Assembly (NCBI RefSeq): GCF_001194135.2
Contig: NC_068990.1
Span: 44,139,379 to 44,196,890, forward strand
DNA length: 57,512 nt
Direction of reading: 5' to 3'
From: Octopus bimaculoides
Taxonomy: Eukaryota
Positions 1-12,624 of the stretch are shown here, piece by piece. Within the stretch, counting starts at the first letter, position 1, and every line of letters begins with the position of its first letter. Under the pieces are notes generated by a model. The model had not been told where the DNA came from. It saw only the letters and a program-made list of their open reading frames with translations, and ran no database searches. A program made the translations under genes and the position numbers.

Positions 1-141
1 ATATATATATATACACATATATATGTATAAAGATATACAAAGACATCCATATGTATATATATATACATATAGATTTGCACACATACACACACACAGGTAT
101 ATGCCCACACAAACACAAACACACACATATATATATATATA

Positions 142-971
142 CGTGGCTGGATTAATAAGTATCCAGTCTATTGTCATAGTAACAAAGCTTATGCATGCCG
201 TGCGAATCCGCTTGGGGACAGATTGACCTTTTACTCTGCTGTGCATGTTTTAATGTTCTAGCTCACTTTAGCTGTTTACAGTCTGTGATCGTGGCATTGA
301 CCATGACAGAGAAAGTGGCGCAGAGAATTAGCATCAAATTCTACCAAATGCTTGGCGATACCTGTACAGTATCCTACGCGAAGTTTTCAAAAATTTTTCA
401 CCGTTCTCTTTACGATCATCGAGATCTTTTGTAACTGAAACGCGAATATCTTGTTGGTCGGCTGAAAGCAGTTTTTGCAGAAACTTAGCAGACGCGCTTC
501 TCATACCCAAATCTTCAGTGATAATGGACTGAACTGGACATCCTCTGATAACTCACGGATGGTGATTCCACGATTTCCCCTTACAGATGCACGCACATCT
601 GCGATGTTTGTGTCAGATCTGCTGGTTGCGTGTCTCCCAGAACATTCGTTAATGTTGACAGTTATCGGCGATCCTGGAAACTTCTGAATCACTCGTACAC
701 CTCTGTGCGGCTCATACATTTTCTGCAACTTTAGTAGTCCTCTGAGAAGGTATCGCCATGACAACTTTCTCTGTCATGGTCAATGCGACGATCACACGCT
801 ACACGCCTTCTTTCCAAGCACCGCTGTAAACAGCGGAAGTGAGCTGGAACATTAAAACTTAGTGCGCATGCACAGTAGAGTTCATGGTCAATATCTGCCT
901 AGCGGCTTCAGTTTCCGTCGTTTAGCTTCGTTACTATGGGAACAGTCATGATACTTGTTGATCAAATCTCG
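142..971. mobile_element. Mariner-derived inverted composite: short 5' arm on + (about 142-385) facing a longer 5' arm on - (971 to about 386)
   Basis: TA at 140-141 and 972-973. Both ends read TA-CG(T/A)G..TGAT.AA.AAGTATC inward. The + arm encodes MTEKVAQRISIKFYQMLGDT. The - arm encodes SGRHATSRSDTNIADVRASVRGNRGITIRELSE and IITEDLGMRSASAKFLQKLLSADQQ, which resemble a mariner transposase N-terminus. Confidence 0.8.
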
Positions 972-975
972 TATA

Positions 976-1113
976 AATACACATATACACAGAAAGACAG
1001 AGAGGGGCAGACATACAGACAGAGCAATAGACAGATTGACAGTAAAAGACAAAGTAGAAAGAGAAATTAATGAGAAAGAAAGAAATAGATAAACGAATCA
1101 AGACAGAAAGAAG

Positions 1114-1157
<44 letters not shown>

Positions 1158-1300
1158 CATACATACATACATACATACATACATACATACATAAAAAGAA
1201 AGAGGAAAATAGAAAGAAGTAAAAGAAGAAAAAATGAGAAATTTGAGATTATAAAAGAGATATTAATTAAGAAGGGATGAATGGATGAATGAGCACACAA
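976..1300. repeat. Purine-rich simple repeats including (GATA)n and (TACA)n
   Basis: Direct reading of the sequence. Confidence 0.9.
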
Positions 1301-1699
1301 ACATGGCTGAAGATCTAGGGACGTTGAAGTCTGGCTATTCGTATAGGGATACACTTTGGTATTGTTATTTTAGTTCTAATTGTTGTTCTTGTCATCGCGT
1401 TGAACCTGATGTGTGTCCTTAGCTCTGCGCTCAGTAAATTTCCATTGCGTGCATAGGGAAAATCTGAAGACGACAGATATGGACATGCTTCGCTCTAACT
1501 GGATTTCATCAGAGAATCATTGATTTCTCAGGCTCCTTGAATCACTGAACAATGTCTATTTCGAAAGTAGACAAGCAATATTTTTGGTTTTACAACTGTA
1601 AGGCATATTTCAATGAATTGGAGTTAATTTTACATATCCGAAATATCTCAAATCAGGTCAACGACCTAGACGAGTTATTTCAGTTTTCCTGTACGCACA

Positions 1700-2300
<601 letters not shown>

Positions 2301-2337
2301 AAAATTCACAAGAACTCAATACATTACGTCATATGTT

Positions 2338-2620
2338 GCCATGGATTTGGTAGACGGAAACTGAAAGAAGCCCGTCGTATATATATATATATATGTATGT
2401 GTGTTTGTGTGTCTGTGTTTGTCCCCCCACCATCGCTTGACAACCGATGCTGGTGTGTTTACGTCCCCGTTAGCTAGCGGTTCGGCAAAAAGAGACCGAT
2501 AGAATAAGTACTAGGCTTACAAAGAAGAAGTCCTGGGGTCGATTTGCTCGACTAAAGGCGGTGCTCCAGCATGGCCGCAGTCAAATGACTTAAACAAGAA
2601 AAAAAAATAAAAGAGTAAAG
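2338..2620 (+). mobile_element. SINE family A, 5'-truncated copy
   Basis: GGATTTGGTAGACGGAAACTGAAAGAAGCCCGTCG, an internal microsatellite and the tail GGCGGTGCTCCAGCATGGCCGCAGTC match copies at 12.2, 13.5, 26.4 and 36.8 kb. Confidence 0.9.
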
Positions 2621-2859
2621 TGCTGGATTGTTTTTCAAATAATGTGGTCGTCGCTATCAAAAGCCTTGATGAAATCAACGTATATATGATGGCATCAGTG
2701 TTTGAGCCCTCAGCATTTAAATGTTGTCAAAGTGGTGTAAAAACAGTATTATGAAAACTCTGACTCATTGAAGGCAATGATGGTTGGGTTTTAGCAGACT
2801 CTTACTCTTCAGTAACTTAGTTATTCTATTAATCCCACCGCTTTCTATGAGAGTTAATT

Positions 2860-3000
2860 CTACCGTGAGCGATTTATTTCTCGTTTTGAAAACCGGAGAG
2901 ACATAAATATGATCCAACGGGCAAAACAAAACGACATGCTGCTAAATGAAGGGAAAAATTTGAGTTCAACCTGTTTGGAAAGCAGGTTATCCTTAAATAT
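2860..3000 (+). mobile_element. Decayed CR1-type RT fragment (tentative)
   Basis: Translates as IQRAKQNDMLLNEGK, similar to WAEENNMQFHAGKF in the CR1 copy at 7.6 kb. Confidence 0.4.
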
Positions 3001-3489
3001 TTAGTGATTTTCTCCAGAAATTGCCTAGGGGAAATGCAAGTTGTTGTCAGCACTTGTTAAGGATACTAGTGTCTAATGTTTAATTTTATAGCTTTACAAC
3101 TTTTGGCATGCAGAAAGGTATGTCTGGTATGATGTTTTGGGGGTTGTTTTCATTGATACTGCCTAAGTCAGCTTCAGCAGGATTAGTAAATACTTTGACA
3201 TCATAGGTCTGTATAAAACAAACTGGAGACTAATTACACATGACCTATCCCTTCTCGCCTGGTCTTTCACATACACTTTTACAGACATCAAAGCAACTTG
3301 GCAGATGTTTGCGGATATAGTTACCATAACTCGGGATATAGTTACCATAACTTGGGAACTAAAATAGAAGAAGGCTCCATCCCCATAGGAGTAAAAGCCT
3401 TCATTAGGATTGATCAAATTAAAAACAAGTGAGTTACTGAAGAGCTATCATGGCTTATGATATAGAGACAGTTTAATACAGTTTCCGCA

Positions 3490-3810
3490 CTATTTTGATT
3501 ACATTTTAAATGATTTGGAAGAAGGGTCGAACATCAATGCCTTATGCTTTGACTTTAGCAAAGCTTTTGACCGAGCTAACCATTTTAATCTGCTTCAACA
3601 ATATCGATCATCAGTATTTCTGAAAAATCTTTTTATTTATTTATTTATTTTCTTGACATTTTTGTGGAAAAAGCTACTTGATCAATGGCTGAATGAGTAA
3701 CACAATAGTTTTGAAAAACAAAGTGAACATATTTGGGTTATCCTTAATTTCTCAATGGCCAAGTTTTAACCAACGGCTCTTTGATTGTTTATAATTTTCA
3801 TGCTGTTATG
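3490..3810 (+). mobile_element. Decayed CR1-type LINE reverse transcriptase fragment
   Basis: DLEEGSNINALCFDFSKAFDRANHFNLL matches the non-LTR RT motif (Y)LDFSKAFD, followed by KLLDQWL. Confidence 0.7.
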
Positions 3811-5224
3811 AACATTATATTTTTTCGATTCAATCATTGATATTGCTGTCGATCGTGGGCCCTATTACTGATAATATTTGTTTTTTTATTTTTAAATTTT
3901 AAAATCAAGTCCTTTAATTTTTGTAGTGAGCGATATTGCCTTCCCAGGACCTACCAATTGAAGCTCAAACCATGAGTTATTGTTTGAAATTCTTTTGGTA
4001 ACTGCATCCTCAAACACCTACCAAGGCGCTTTGATGTATGAAAAACTGTGCGAAAGATAGCCAGAAGTGACAACTCATGTATAATTGAATCCCAATTTAT
4101 CATGCAGACTCATTATCCAATAGGTGTGCTGAAGCGAGTGTGCATGCTCATGTCTTTGAGTATTGAGACATTAGATTGCAGAACAAGTTTGCAGAACAAG
4201 TTTGCAGAACATTATGTCGTAGTCTGAGAGAAGAGTTTTCTCAACTAATGCATTACAGATTGTATCACAGTGGTTGCGAAGACTAGGTCTGAAATATTTT
4301 TACTGTGTCCGTTGCTTCATGCACAAATTATGACGGGAAAATATCAATGTAAGTTAAATGATAGTTTACTACGGTTATGTCTAGAGCTGTAATACAATTG
4401 TCACTTTTTTATATCAGTTATGGACTTAAACCCCACAGCGAAGCATAAATATGCTTCCAAATTTGCATTTTAAACAAGGAACTCGATTTTGTTTGGGCAG
4501 TCTTGGAAACAAAGAAGCGCTAGGCATTGGAGCGGTCCCTTGAGCGGAATTATAAATTCCTTCTGCTAATTTTAGTTATTGGACGTTAGGCATGCTGGAT
4601 TACGGATAGCAAATACGTATCCTAATGTTTATTTCGTCGAACTAATTATTTTATCGAATTCTATCTATTGAACGATTAAGTTACTAATGTAAAATAATGC
4701 AAATTGACATATCTTTTTACACCGATATACTCACACACATACACAATCACACACTCACGTACACTCACACACACTCACGTACACTCACACACACTCACGT
4801 ACACTCACACACACAAACAACACACACACGCACACTTTCCACTGCATGCAGATAGACATATAGAGCGGGCTTCTGCACCATTTCTAACAACCAAATTCGC
4901 AAGGTATTTGTTAACCCGGTCTTGCAGCGTTCCCTCAATGTGTTGCACAAACTGATCAAACATAGAATGTCGAGTTTGTGAAGCAGTAGCCACCCCCATA
5001 CACACTTACATGCACACACGTATACACACACATACACACACGCATACACACACTCATACACACATACAGAGACGTATATTCAAATAGGCATGCGCAAACT
5101 CATGTCTATGGACAAACTAGTACACGTTCATATATATACAGACCCACACAAACTTGAAAATACAAACGTGTATACAAATCCAGGCACAAGGATGTCATGC
5201 ATGCATTTATACAGGTATATATAT

Positions 5225-5265
<41 letters not shown>

Positions 5266-6152
5266 NNNNNNNNNNNNNNNNNNNNNNNNNNNNNNNNNNN
5301 NNNNNNNNNNNNNNNNNNNNNNNNNNNNNNNNNNNNNNNNNNNNNNNNNNNNNNNNNNNNNNNNNNNNNNNNNNNNNNNNNNNNNNNNNNNNNNNNNNNN
5401 NNNNNNNNNNNNNNNNNNNNNNNNNNNNNNNNNNNNNNNNNNNNNNNNNNNNNNNNNNNNNNNNNNNNNNNNNNNNNNNNNNNNNNNNNNNNNNNNNNNN
5501 NNNNNNNNNNNNNNNNNNNNNNNNNNNNNNNNNNNNNNNNNNNNNNNNNNNNNNNNNNNNNNNNNNNNNNNNNNNNNNNNNNNNNNNNNNNNNNNNNNNN
5601 NNNNNNTATATATATATAAGCATTTATATACATATGTGTGTGTGTATATAGGTATGAATGTATGTCTACATATATGTGCATGTATATATGTATATGCATT
5701 AATACATATGTGTTTGTGTGCGCGCGCGTGTGTCTGAGTACATATAAACATTTCAATAAATTCCCAAGAATGTTTGCTGACTGTGCAGATACCATTAGAA
5801 GGTTAGCCTTAATTATAATTAACAAAATTTCTACTCAAATCGCACACTTCCGTCTATTTTCATCTACAACATAACCAGAAAGCAATCAATATTAAAAATT
5901 TTGTTATGCGCACAGATACGCACATACACACCACACGTATAAATGCATACATACGCATACACACACCTCTCTTTGATACAAACACAAGCGCGCACCGACA
6001 CATACACATATACTCACAAAAATGGGATGATCTAGAAACATATATATCGAATTTCATTATTTATTTAAGAATGATAAAAGCTATCATGTCGGAACTGACT
6101 GCTGTCAAAGTCCAGTATAGACACACACACAATAATTTGTAGCGACCATATA

Positions 6153-6641
6153 CGAAGGGAAGTCAAAAATTATCCGCACTTTTGCCATATCATATATTTA
6201 TTATTCTCGCACTGTATTCTGCACATGCGTGCTAATAGTTAGTACTAAGTGGTCACATGATTGAAGTTTGAGCCTGATCGCGCCATTTTTCTTTCTAGCT
6301 TTACAGTGTAAGCATGGTCGTTTCGCTAGCAATGTGCATCAAAGAAGAACAAAGATCAGTGATCCGATTGCTAATGCACAATAAGGGGAGGACCGTCAAC
6401 CTCTACCACTGACGAGAAGATTCAACAAGCTTGGGAGATGGTACTGGTGAACCGCGAGGTAGCTTGTTCTCTGCAGATTAGTCATGGTTCTTCCTATCAA
6501 ATCATCCACGATTAGCTCGACTTCCATAAAGTCTGTGCGAGATGGGTATCGAGAGAGCTTACTGCAGAGCACAAAAGCAAACCTCCTCGATCGAGGAATT
6601 TTTGAGCAAAATAGTCACAGGAAATGAAACGTGGGTCTATC
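6153..6641 (+). mobile_element. Mariner 5' fragment with internal deletions
   Basis: Starts TA-CGAAGGGAAGTCAAAAATTATCCG. Interrupted frames give EEQRSVIRLL, GPSTSTTDEKIQQA, FHKVCARWVSREL and FLSKIVTGNETWVY (first catalytic Asp motif TGDETW). No right TIR seen. Confidence 0.9.
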
Positions 6642-6714
6642 TTAATGTGTATTTTACATCTAGTGTGCTTTCGTTTCCCAACTTTTCGAACACGTTTCTC
6701 GGGACATATATTTT

Positions 6715-7703
6715 TATCTGCTATAAGTTTCAGTCTGAGGACTGCGGCCATGCTGGAGCACCGCCGTTTTCTTTGCTTCACTTTCACTAAACCTCCTCTT
6801 ATAGTTGACATCTGGTGGATGAGGGAGTTTGACGTTGCTGCCCTCATCTGTTTTTCTTGCCTTGAGGTAGGTTCACCCGGAACTCTTGACAGGAGATCTA
6901 GTTTTGTTTTGAAACAGCCTACAACCACAGCATGCAGGTCTCTCAGGCTTCGTGGGAGGATATTGTAGAGCTGTGAGCCTTTGAAGCCCAAGCTATTGCA
7001 TCATCTGGTCCTGTATCCTGATGGCAACGTTGGGATTTTTGGTACTATGCAGTGGCGCACCGTCTTGCTGTTTGTGTAATTGATAATGCCAAAGGTTGGC
7101 ACAAGTTTTTTGAGCATTTTCCAGATGCATATTACTGCATATCTTTCCCGCCTTAGCTCCAGGGAGTAGTATCTTAACTCTTTCAGTCTCTCCCAGTAGC
7201 TGATATGTCGCATTGTGTCGATCAGCTTTGTGCAGCTTCGCTGGATCGCCTCGGCTTCTGTCGTTAATTTTACACTGTTTGGTGCCCACAGTTAGGAGCA
7301 GTAATCCAGACAGCTGAGGACGCAAGTCCTCCAGAAAATCATTATCGTTTCCTTTTCTCTAGTTTTGTAAGTTCGAAGTATCCATCTGGCGAAGCGTCCG
7401 CATTTTATTGCCAACTTGGTAATGTGCGTCTGGAAAGATGTATCATTACTCATGTCGATGTTCAGGTCACTCACTGATTTTGATTTATGGAATGCAATCC
7501 CTCCTGGACCAGTGTATACTATTTGATTTTCATTGAGTTTCAGATGTTGGTATTTCAGGGCTTAGAATTTTCCAGCATGGAACTGCATGTTATTTTCCTC
7601 AGCCCACTTGTATATTGCGTCCAACTCACTGTGTAGATCCTCTGAGATACATGTTCTATATCCTCTGAGAGACGTTTGTATCGTCTGCATAGCTACCAGG
7701 GGT
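6715..7703 (-). mobile_element. CR1-type LINE, 5'-truncated 3' end (RT C-terminus, 3' UTR and tail)
   Basis: Minus-strand frames give SYADDT (about 7700-7680), WILRTYKTREKETIMIFWRTCVLSCLDYCS, ISYWERLKELRYYSLELRRERY and GSQLYNILPRSLRDL...RAATSNSLIHQM, then a short UTR and stem-loop tail. Confidence 0.92.
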
Positions 7704-7789
7704 GGATAATGTATTTAATTTTTTTCTAATGTACATAATTTTTTTAATGTACATAATTTTCTTTTGTAATGATGTTAGCTATTTCCGGT

Positions 7790-8110
7790 TTAGTTTCAGA
7801 TTTGTAATAAAGTTTCTTCTTTTATTTTTCGCAGTTGATAATTTTTCCCTTTTATTTTGTAAATGTTTATTACATGGAACATTTCTAAAAGATGTATCTT
7901 TAATTTATTGTTTATGCACGTTTACGCGACTGGTTAGTTTTATCCCAGTTTCTCAAGTGTAATTCTCATTGAATTGTGAGCATGTAATGCAGTAGACGTG
8001 ATCTTTTGTTTTGCAATTCATGTTCCCATTCACTTTCAGTTTCATCCCATTCTTGAATCGTTTGGTTCTTCCTTGCTCAATCAAAAGATTCAAGGATGGG
8101 AAAGAATTGA
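7790..8110 (-). mobile_element. Penelope-like element GIY-YIG endonuclease fragment
   Basis: NCKTKDHVYCITCSQFNENYT*ETGIKLTSRVNVHKQ matches the PLE pattern VYxIxCxxCxxxYIGETxxxLxxRxxxH. Confidence 0.8.
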
Positions 8111-8268
8111 AAATGAATGAGATATTTTTGTTTCGCAATTGACGATTGCAATTACTAATTATAAATATATATAATATAATATAGGATAAAATCTTTATAA
8201 GAATTTATCAAGTAGTCAGCGTGAAAAAACCCCATAAGGAAAAAAACCCATCGTTTTTTTCCCATAAA

Positions 8269-8461
8269 TATATATAATTTATATAAGGGCATTAACTATA
8301 TAGTAATGTCTCACGCTTAGAGGGACTAAATAAGTCAAAAACTACCAAAAAATAAGCACATATTTACCGAATAAATATGTGCTTATTTTTTGGTAGTTTT
8401 TGACTTATTTAGTCCCTCTAAGCGTGAGGCATTACTATATAGTTAATGCCCTTATATAAAT

Positions 8462-8469
<8 letters not shown>
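8269..8469. repeat. Near-perfect inverted repeat (98 bp arms, 5 nt loop CCGAA)
   Basis: 8269-8366 pairs with 8372-8469 with one mismatch (T8289 opposite G). It abuts a (TA)n tract. Confidence 0.97.
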
Positions 8470-8529
<60 letters not shown>

Positions 8530-8545
8530 CATATGTATACAGATA

Positions 8546-9455
8546 TAATCTCGCTATTGCATATTTAGACCGGCTGGAGCGTAGGGCTCACCACCTGCCA
8601 CGCATATGCCTTTCTCGCCAGGTATATGTACAAGCTCATGCTCACCCCATTTCATGAAGACGCATCCACTATACTGGAGGAGTTCAATAAGACGGACCAA
8701 CAGATTACCTTCACCAATGAACAGCCTAACAGTGATGGTTCCCTCCCCTTCCTCGACTTTCGTTTAAACATCGTGGACAAGGGGAAAATCAGCAAGGTTT
8801 TCTACAGAAAATCTGCTTGCCAGGACATCTTCGTCCGTTATAAATCGCCCCCCCCCACTATCAAGGCCAAAATGAACTCTGTGCATAACAAGATAGCCCG
8901 GATACGCAAAAGATGCAGTGACAACACCAGCCGGGACGCACATGTTACTCAGTTCCTAAAGATAGATGGGACGCACGGACATCCTACGTCCATCATTAAC
9001 TCCATACAGGAGCACAGGCCAACTAAACGTCCCAAGAAGGATCTTTCTAAAAGCTCTGTCCTGAAGATTACCCACTTCAATGAGAAGACCACCTCCGCCA
9101 ACTACAACGCTATCCGCAGCGAAGGATTCGACATTCGATTGGCCCATTCGGAACAGTCCCTACGCCAAAAAAACTATCAACGAGGTGGTCACGTTCAGTA
9201 CGGCAGCCCTGCACTTAAACGAACTGCCTCATTCGTGACACTGACATGTGCCTACATACGTGTGTGGTATACAAAATACGATGCTTCAAATGCGACTACC
9301 ACTATATCGGATGCACAACACGACAACTCCACATCCGAATTAAGGAGCATCTCACCACCAACGCGTCCCTTTTCAGCAACAAAGATAAATGAATTAAAAA
9401 TAAAAATGAAGAAGCGGTGTACAACATTTTCCGGATAACGCCGGGTAACCTTCTA
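8546..9455 (+). mobile_element. Penelope-like element, RT C-terminus plus GIY-YIG, frameshifted
   Basis: ORF 8626-9438 contains ITFTNEQPNSDGSLPFLD and VFYRK (PLE RT and thumb). An alternative frame at 9258-9353 reads CVVYKIRCFKCDYHYIGCTTRQLHIRIKEHL (GIY-YIG). Confidence 0.9.
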
Positions 9456-9589
9456 GTATGTGTGTGCGCGCGCGTGTGTATGCATGCGTGTATGTATGAG
9501 TGTTTGTATGTGTTTATGTATGAGTTTATGTATGAATATGTGTGTGTGTGTGTGTTGTACGTAGGCATTCATGTTTCAACGCATATATG

Positions 9590-9621
<32 letters not shown>

Positions 9622-9877
9622 CATGTATGTATGTACGTATGTGTGTATGTTTCCAGGCATGTATGTATGTATGTATGTGTGTATGTATGTATGTATGCAA
9701 TGGGAAGTAGAGTATATCCAATTCTCAGTTTTCATGTATTTAATTAGCTTTCACAAATAGAGCTTAATGGTAATGAGGTGTAGTTTTATTGTAAAATATA
9801 CTGCCAGCTGGCGTGTCGATGGTTATATATACGCACACACCTATAGAGACACAGACACGCATCCGTATGCGTCAATG

Positions 9878-9911
<34 letters not shown>

Positions 9912-10039
9912 TGTATGTATGTATGTATTTATGTATGTATGTATGTATATGAGCATGCGTTTATATAGACACACACGCTCACGCACACACAGACATACAT
10001 ATGTATATACACATACATACAAACATGTACATACATACA

Positions 10040-10072
<33 letters not shown>

Positions 10073-10369
10073 CTCTCTCTACATATATATGTATATATAT
10101 ATAGATATATAGATATGTAGGTGTGGGAATATATATAAGTTTTATATATATTTCTGGTATTACGCACACACACACACACACACACACGCACACACACGCA
10201 CACACACGCACACACACACACATAAACATACACACACACACGGATACATACATATGCATGTATATATAGGAATGTATATGTTTTATTTATGTATTTCACT
10301 CCCTGAGCTGCAACTCATGTCCAGTCTCTACCGCAGTATATTCAACCTGCAGTAAGGCCATGACGTGAT

Positions 10370-10412
<43 letters not shown>

Positions 10413-10605
10413 GAACGCGCGCACACGCACACACGCACAGGCACATATATATATGTATGTATATATACATACATATCATAAGATATATATAGACACATAG
10501 ATATATATATATATACATATATATACTGTCTATATATACTTATAACATATATATTTACATATATGTGTATATATATTATCAGATATATATATATATATAA
10601 AACAG

Positions 10606-10671
10606 AAGAATAAGATAAAGAGACCAATGGCATAACTAAATTTATGCCATTGGTCTCTTTATCTCATTCTT
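10606..10671. repeat. Inverted repeat (23 bp perfect arms, 6 nt loop, extends past one mismatch) between TA tracts
   Basis: AGATAAAGAGACCAATGGCATAA (10613-10635), loop CTAAAT, TTATGCCATTGGTCTCTTTATCT (10642-10664). Confidence 0.93.
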
Positions 10672-10851
10672 TTTTATATATACACACGCTAATACACGAC
10701 CCATGTTATATTCCCCACTCATGTTGCAACCACATCTGGGACAAAACTAGTCGGTATATAGCACTTACTCGGTATTACCTGTATCAGTAGGGTCCGGTTG
10801 ACTCCATTACCCTTCATAACCTTTATATATATATGCATATATATACATATA

Positions 10852-10895
<44 letters not shown>

Positions 10896-11195
10896 NNNNN
10901 NNNNNNNNNNNNNNNNNNNNNNNNNNNNNNNNNNNNNNNNNNNNNNNNNNNNNNNNNNNNNNNNNNNNNNNNNNNNNNNNNNNNNNNNNNNNNNNNNNNN
11001 NNNNNNNNNNNNNNNNNNNNNNNNNNNNNNNNNNNNNNNNNNNNNNNNNNNNNNNNNNNNNNNNNNNNNNNNNNNNNNNNNNNNNNNNNNNNNNNNNNNN
11101 NNNNNNNNNNNNNNNNNNNNNNNNNNNNNNNNNNNNNNNNNTATATATACATATATATACATACATATATATATATATGTGTGTGTGTGTGTATT

Positions 11196-11226
<31 letters not shown>

Positions 11227-11516
11227 GTGTGTGTGTCTGCATAAAATAGAATACCTCTCAAAGAGAGGTATTCTAACAGTAACAGTAACAGTTTTTTAAA
11301 GTAAAGACTATTTGCCAACAACTATCTGTACTGGAAAGTATGATTGATATTGTTGTTTAGCCCCAGGAAACATCGTTTCGAGCTTGCTAAAGGAAACAAT
11401 ATCTGTGTCCTTATATTTTCTAAAATATAAGGACGCAAATACTGCTTCGTATAGCCATTTGAAAACAATGTTTATATACGTACATACACATATGTACATC
11501 TATGCATGTCATATTA

Positions 11517-11561
<45 letters not shown>

Positions 11562-12227
11562 NNNNNNNNNNNNNNNNNNNNNNNNNNNNNNNNNNNNNNN
11601 NNNNNNNNNNNNNNNNNNNNNNNNNNNNNNNNNNNNNNNNNNNNNNNNNNNNNNNNNNNNNNNNNNNNNNNNNNNNNNNNNNNNNNNNNNNNNNNNNNNN
11701 NNNNNNNNNNNNNNNNNNNNNNNNNNNNNNNNNNNNNNNNNNNNNNNNNNNNNNNNNNNNNNNNNNNNNNNNNNNNNNNNNNNNNNNNNNNNNNNNNNNN
11801 NNNNNNNNNNNNNNNNNNNNNNNNNNNNNNNNNNNNNNNNNNNNNNNNNNNNNNNNNNNNNNNNNNNNNNNNNNNNNNNNNNNNNNNNNNNNNNNNNNNN
11901 NNNNNNNNNNNNNNNNNNNNNNNNNNNNNNNNNNNNNNNNNNNNNNNNNNNNNNNNNNNNNNNNNNNNNNNNNNNNNNNNNNNNNNNNNNNNNNNNNNNN
12001 NNNNNNNNNNNNNNNNNNNNNNNNNNNNNNNNNNNNNNNNNNNNNNNNNNNNNNNNNNNNNNNNNNNNNNNNNNNNNNNNNNNNNNNNNNNNNNNNNNNN
12101 NNNNNNNNNNNNNNNNNNNNNNNNNNNNNNNNNNNNNNNNNNNNNNNNNNNNNNNNNNNNNNNNNNNNNNNNNNNNNNNNNNNNNNNNNNNNNNTATATA
12201 TATATATATATGTGCATATATACGTGT

Positions 12228-12605
12228 ATATGAGTGGCTGTGTGGTAAGTAGCTTCCTTACCAATCGCATGGTCCCGGGTTCAGACCTACTGCATGGCAC
12301 CTTGGGCGAGTGTCTTCTACTATAGTTTCAATCCGACAAAAGCCTTGTGAGTCGATTTGGTTGACAGAAACTGAAAGAAGCCCGTCGTATTTATATATAT
12401 GTGTGTATGCGTATATGTATGTGTGACTGTGTTTGTCCCCCACCATCGCCTGACATCCGATGTTTACATCCGTAAACTAGCGGTTCGCCTAAAAAGACTG
12501 GTAGAATAAGTTCTAGGCTCACAAAGAATAAGTCTATTTGTTCGACTAAATGTGGTACTCCAGTATGGCCGCAGTCAAGTACTGAAACGAGTAAAAGAAA
12601 AACAA
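12228..12605 (+). mobile_element. SINE family A, near full length
   Basis: tRNA-like head (TGGCTGTGTGG A-box-like, GGTTCAGACC B-box-like), then GGCACCTTGGGCGAGTGTCTTC (CORE-like), body and the shared tail. Confidence 0.9.
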
Positions 12606-12624
12606 TGTGTATATATATATACCG

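Noticed and set aside
3311-3355. Short tandem duplications (also about 4177-4210, 7720-7760, 14099-14164, 27793-27831)
   Set aside because: Two to three adjacent units without unique spacers. These are ordinary slippage duplications, not CRISPR-like arrays.
5266-5606. Numerous N-runs flanked by (TA)n or (CA)n
   Set aside because: Assembly gaps at microsatellites. Their lengths and contents carry no biological information here.
11247-11275. 13 bp-arm hairpin TAGAATACCTCTC-AAA-GAGAGGTATTCTA
   Set aside because: Real but short and isolated. No function can be inferred, and terminator logic does not apply to this eukaryotic context.
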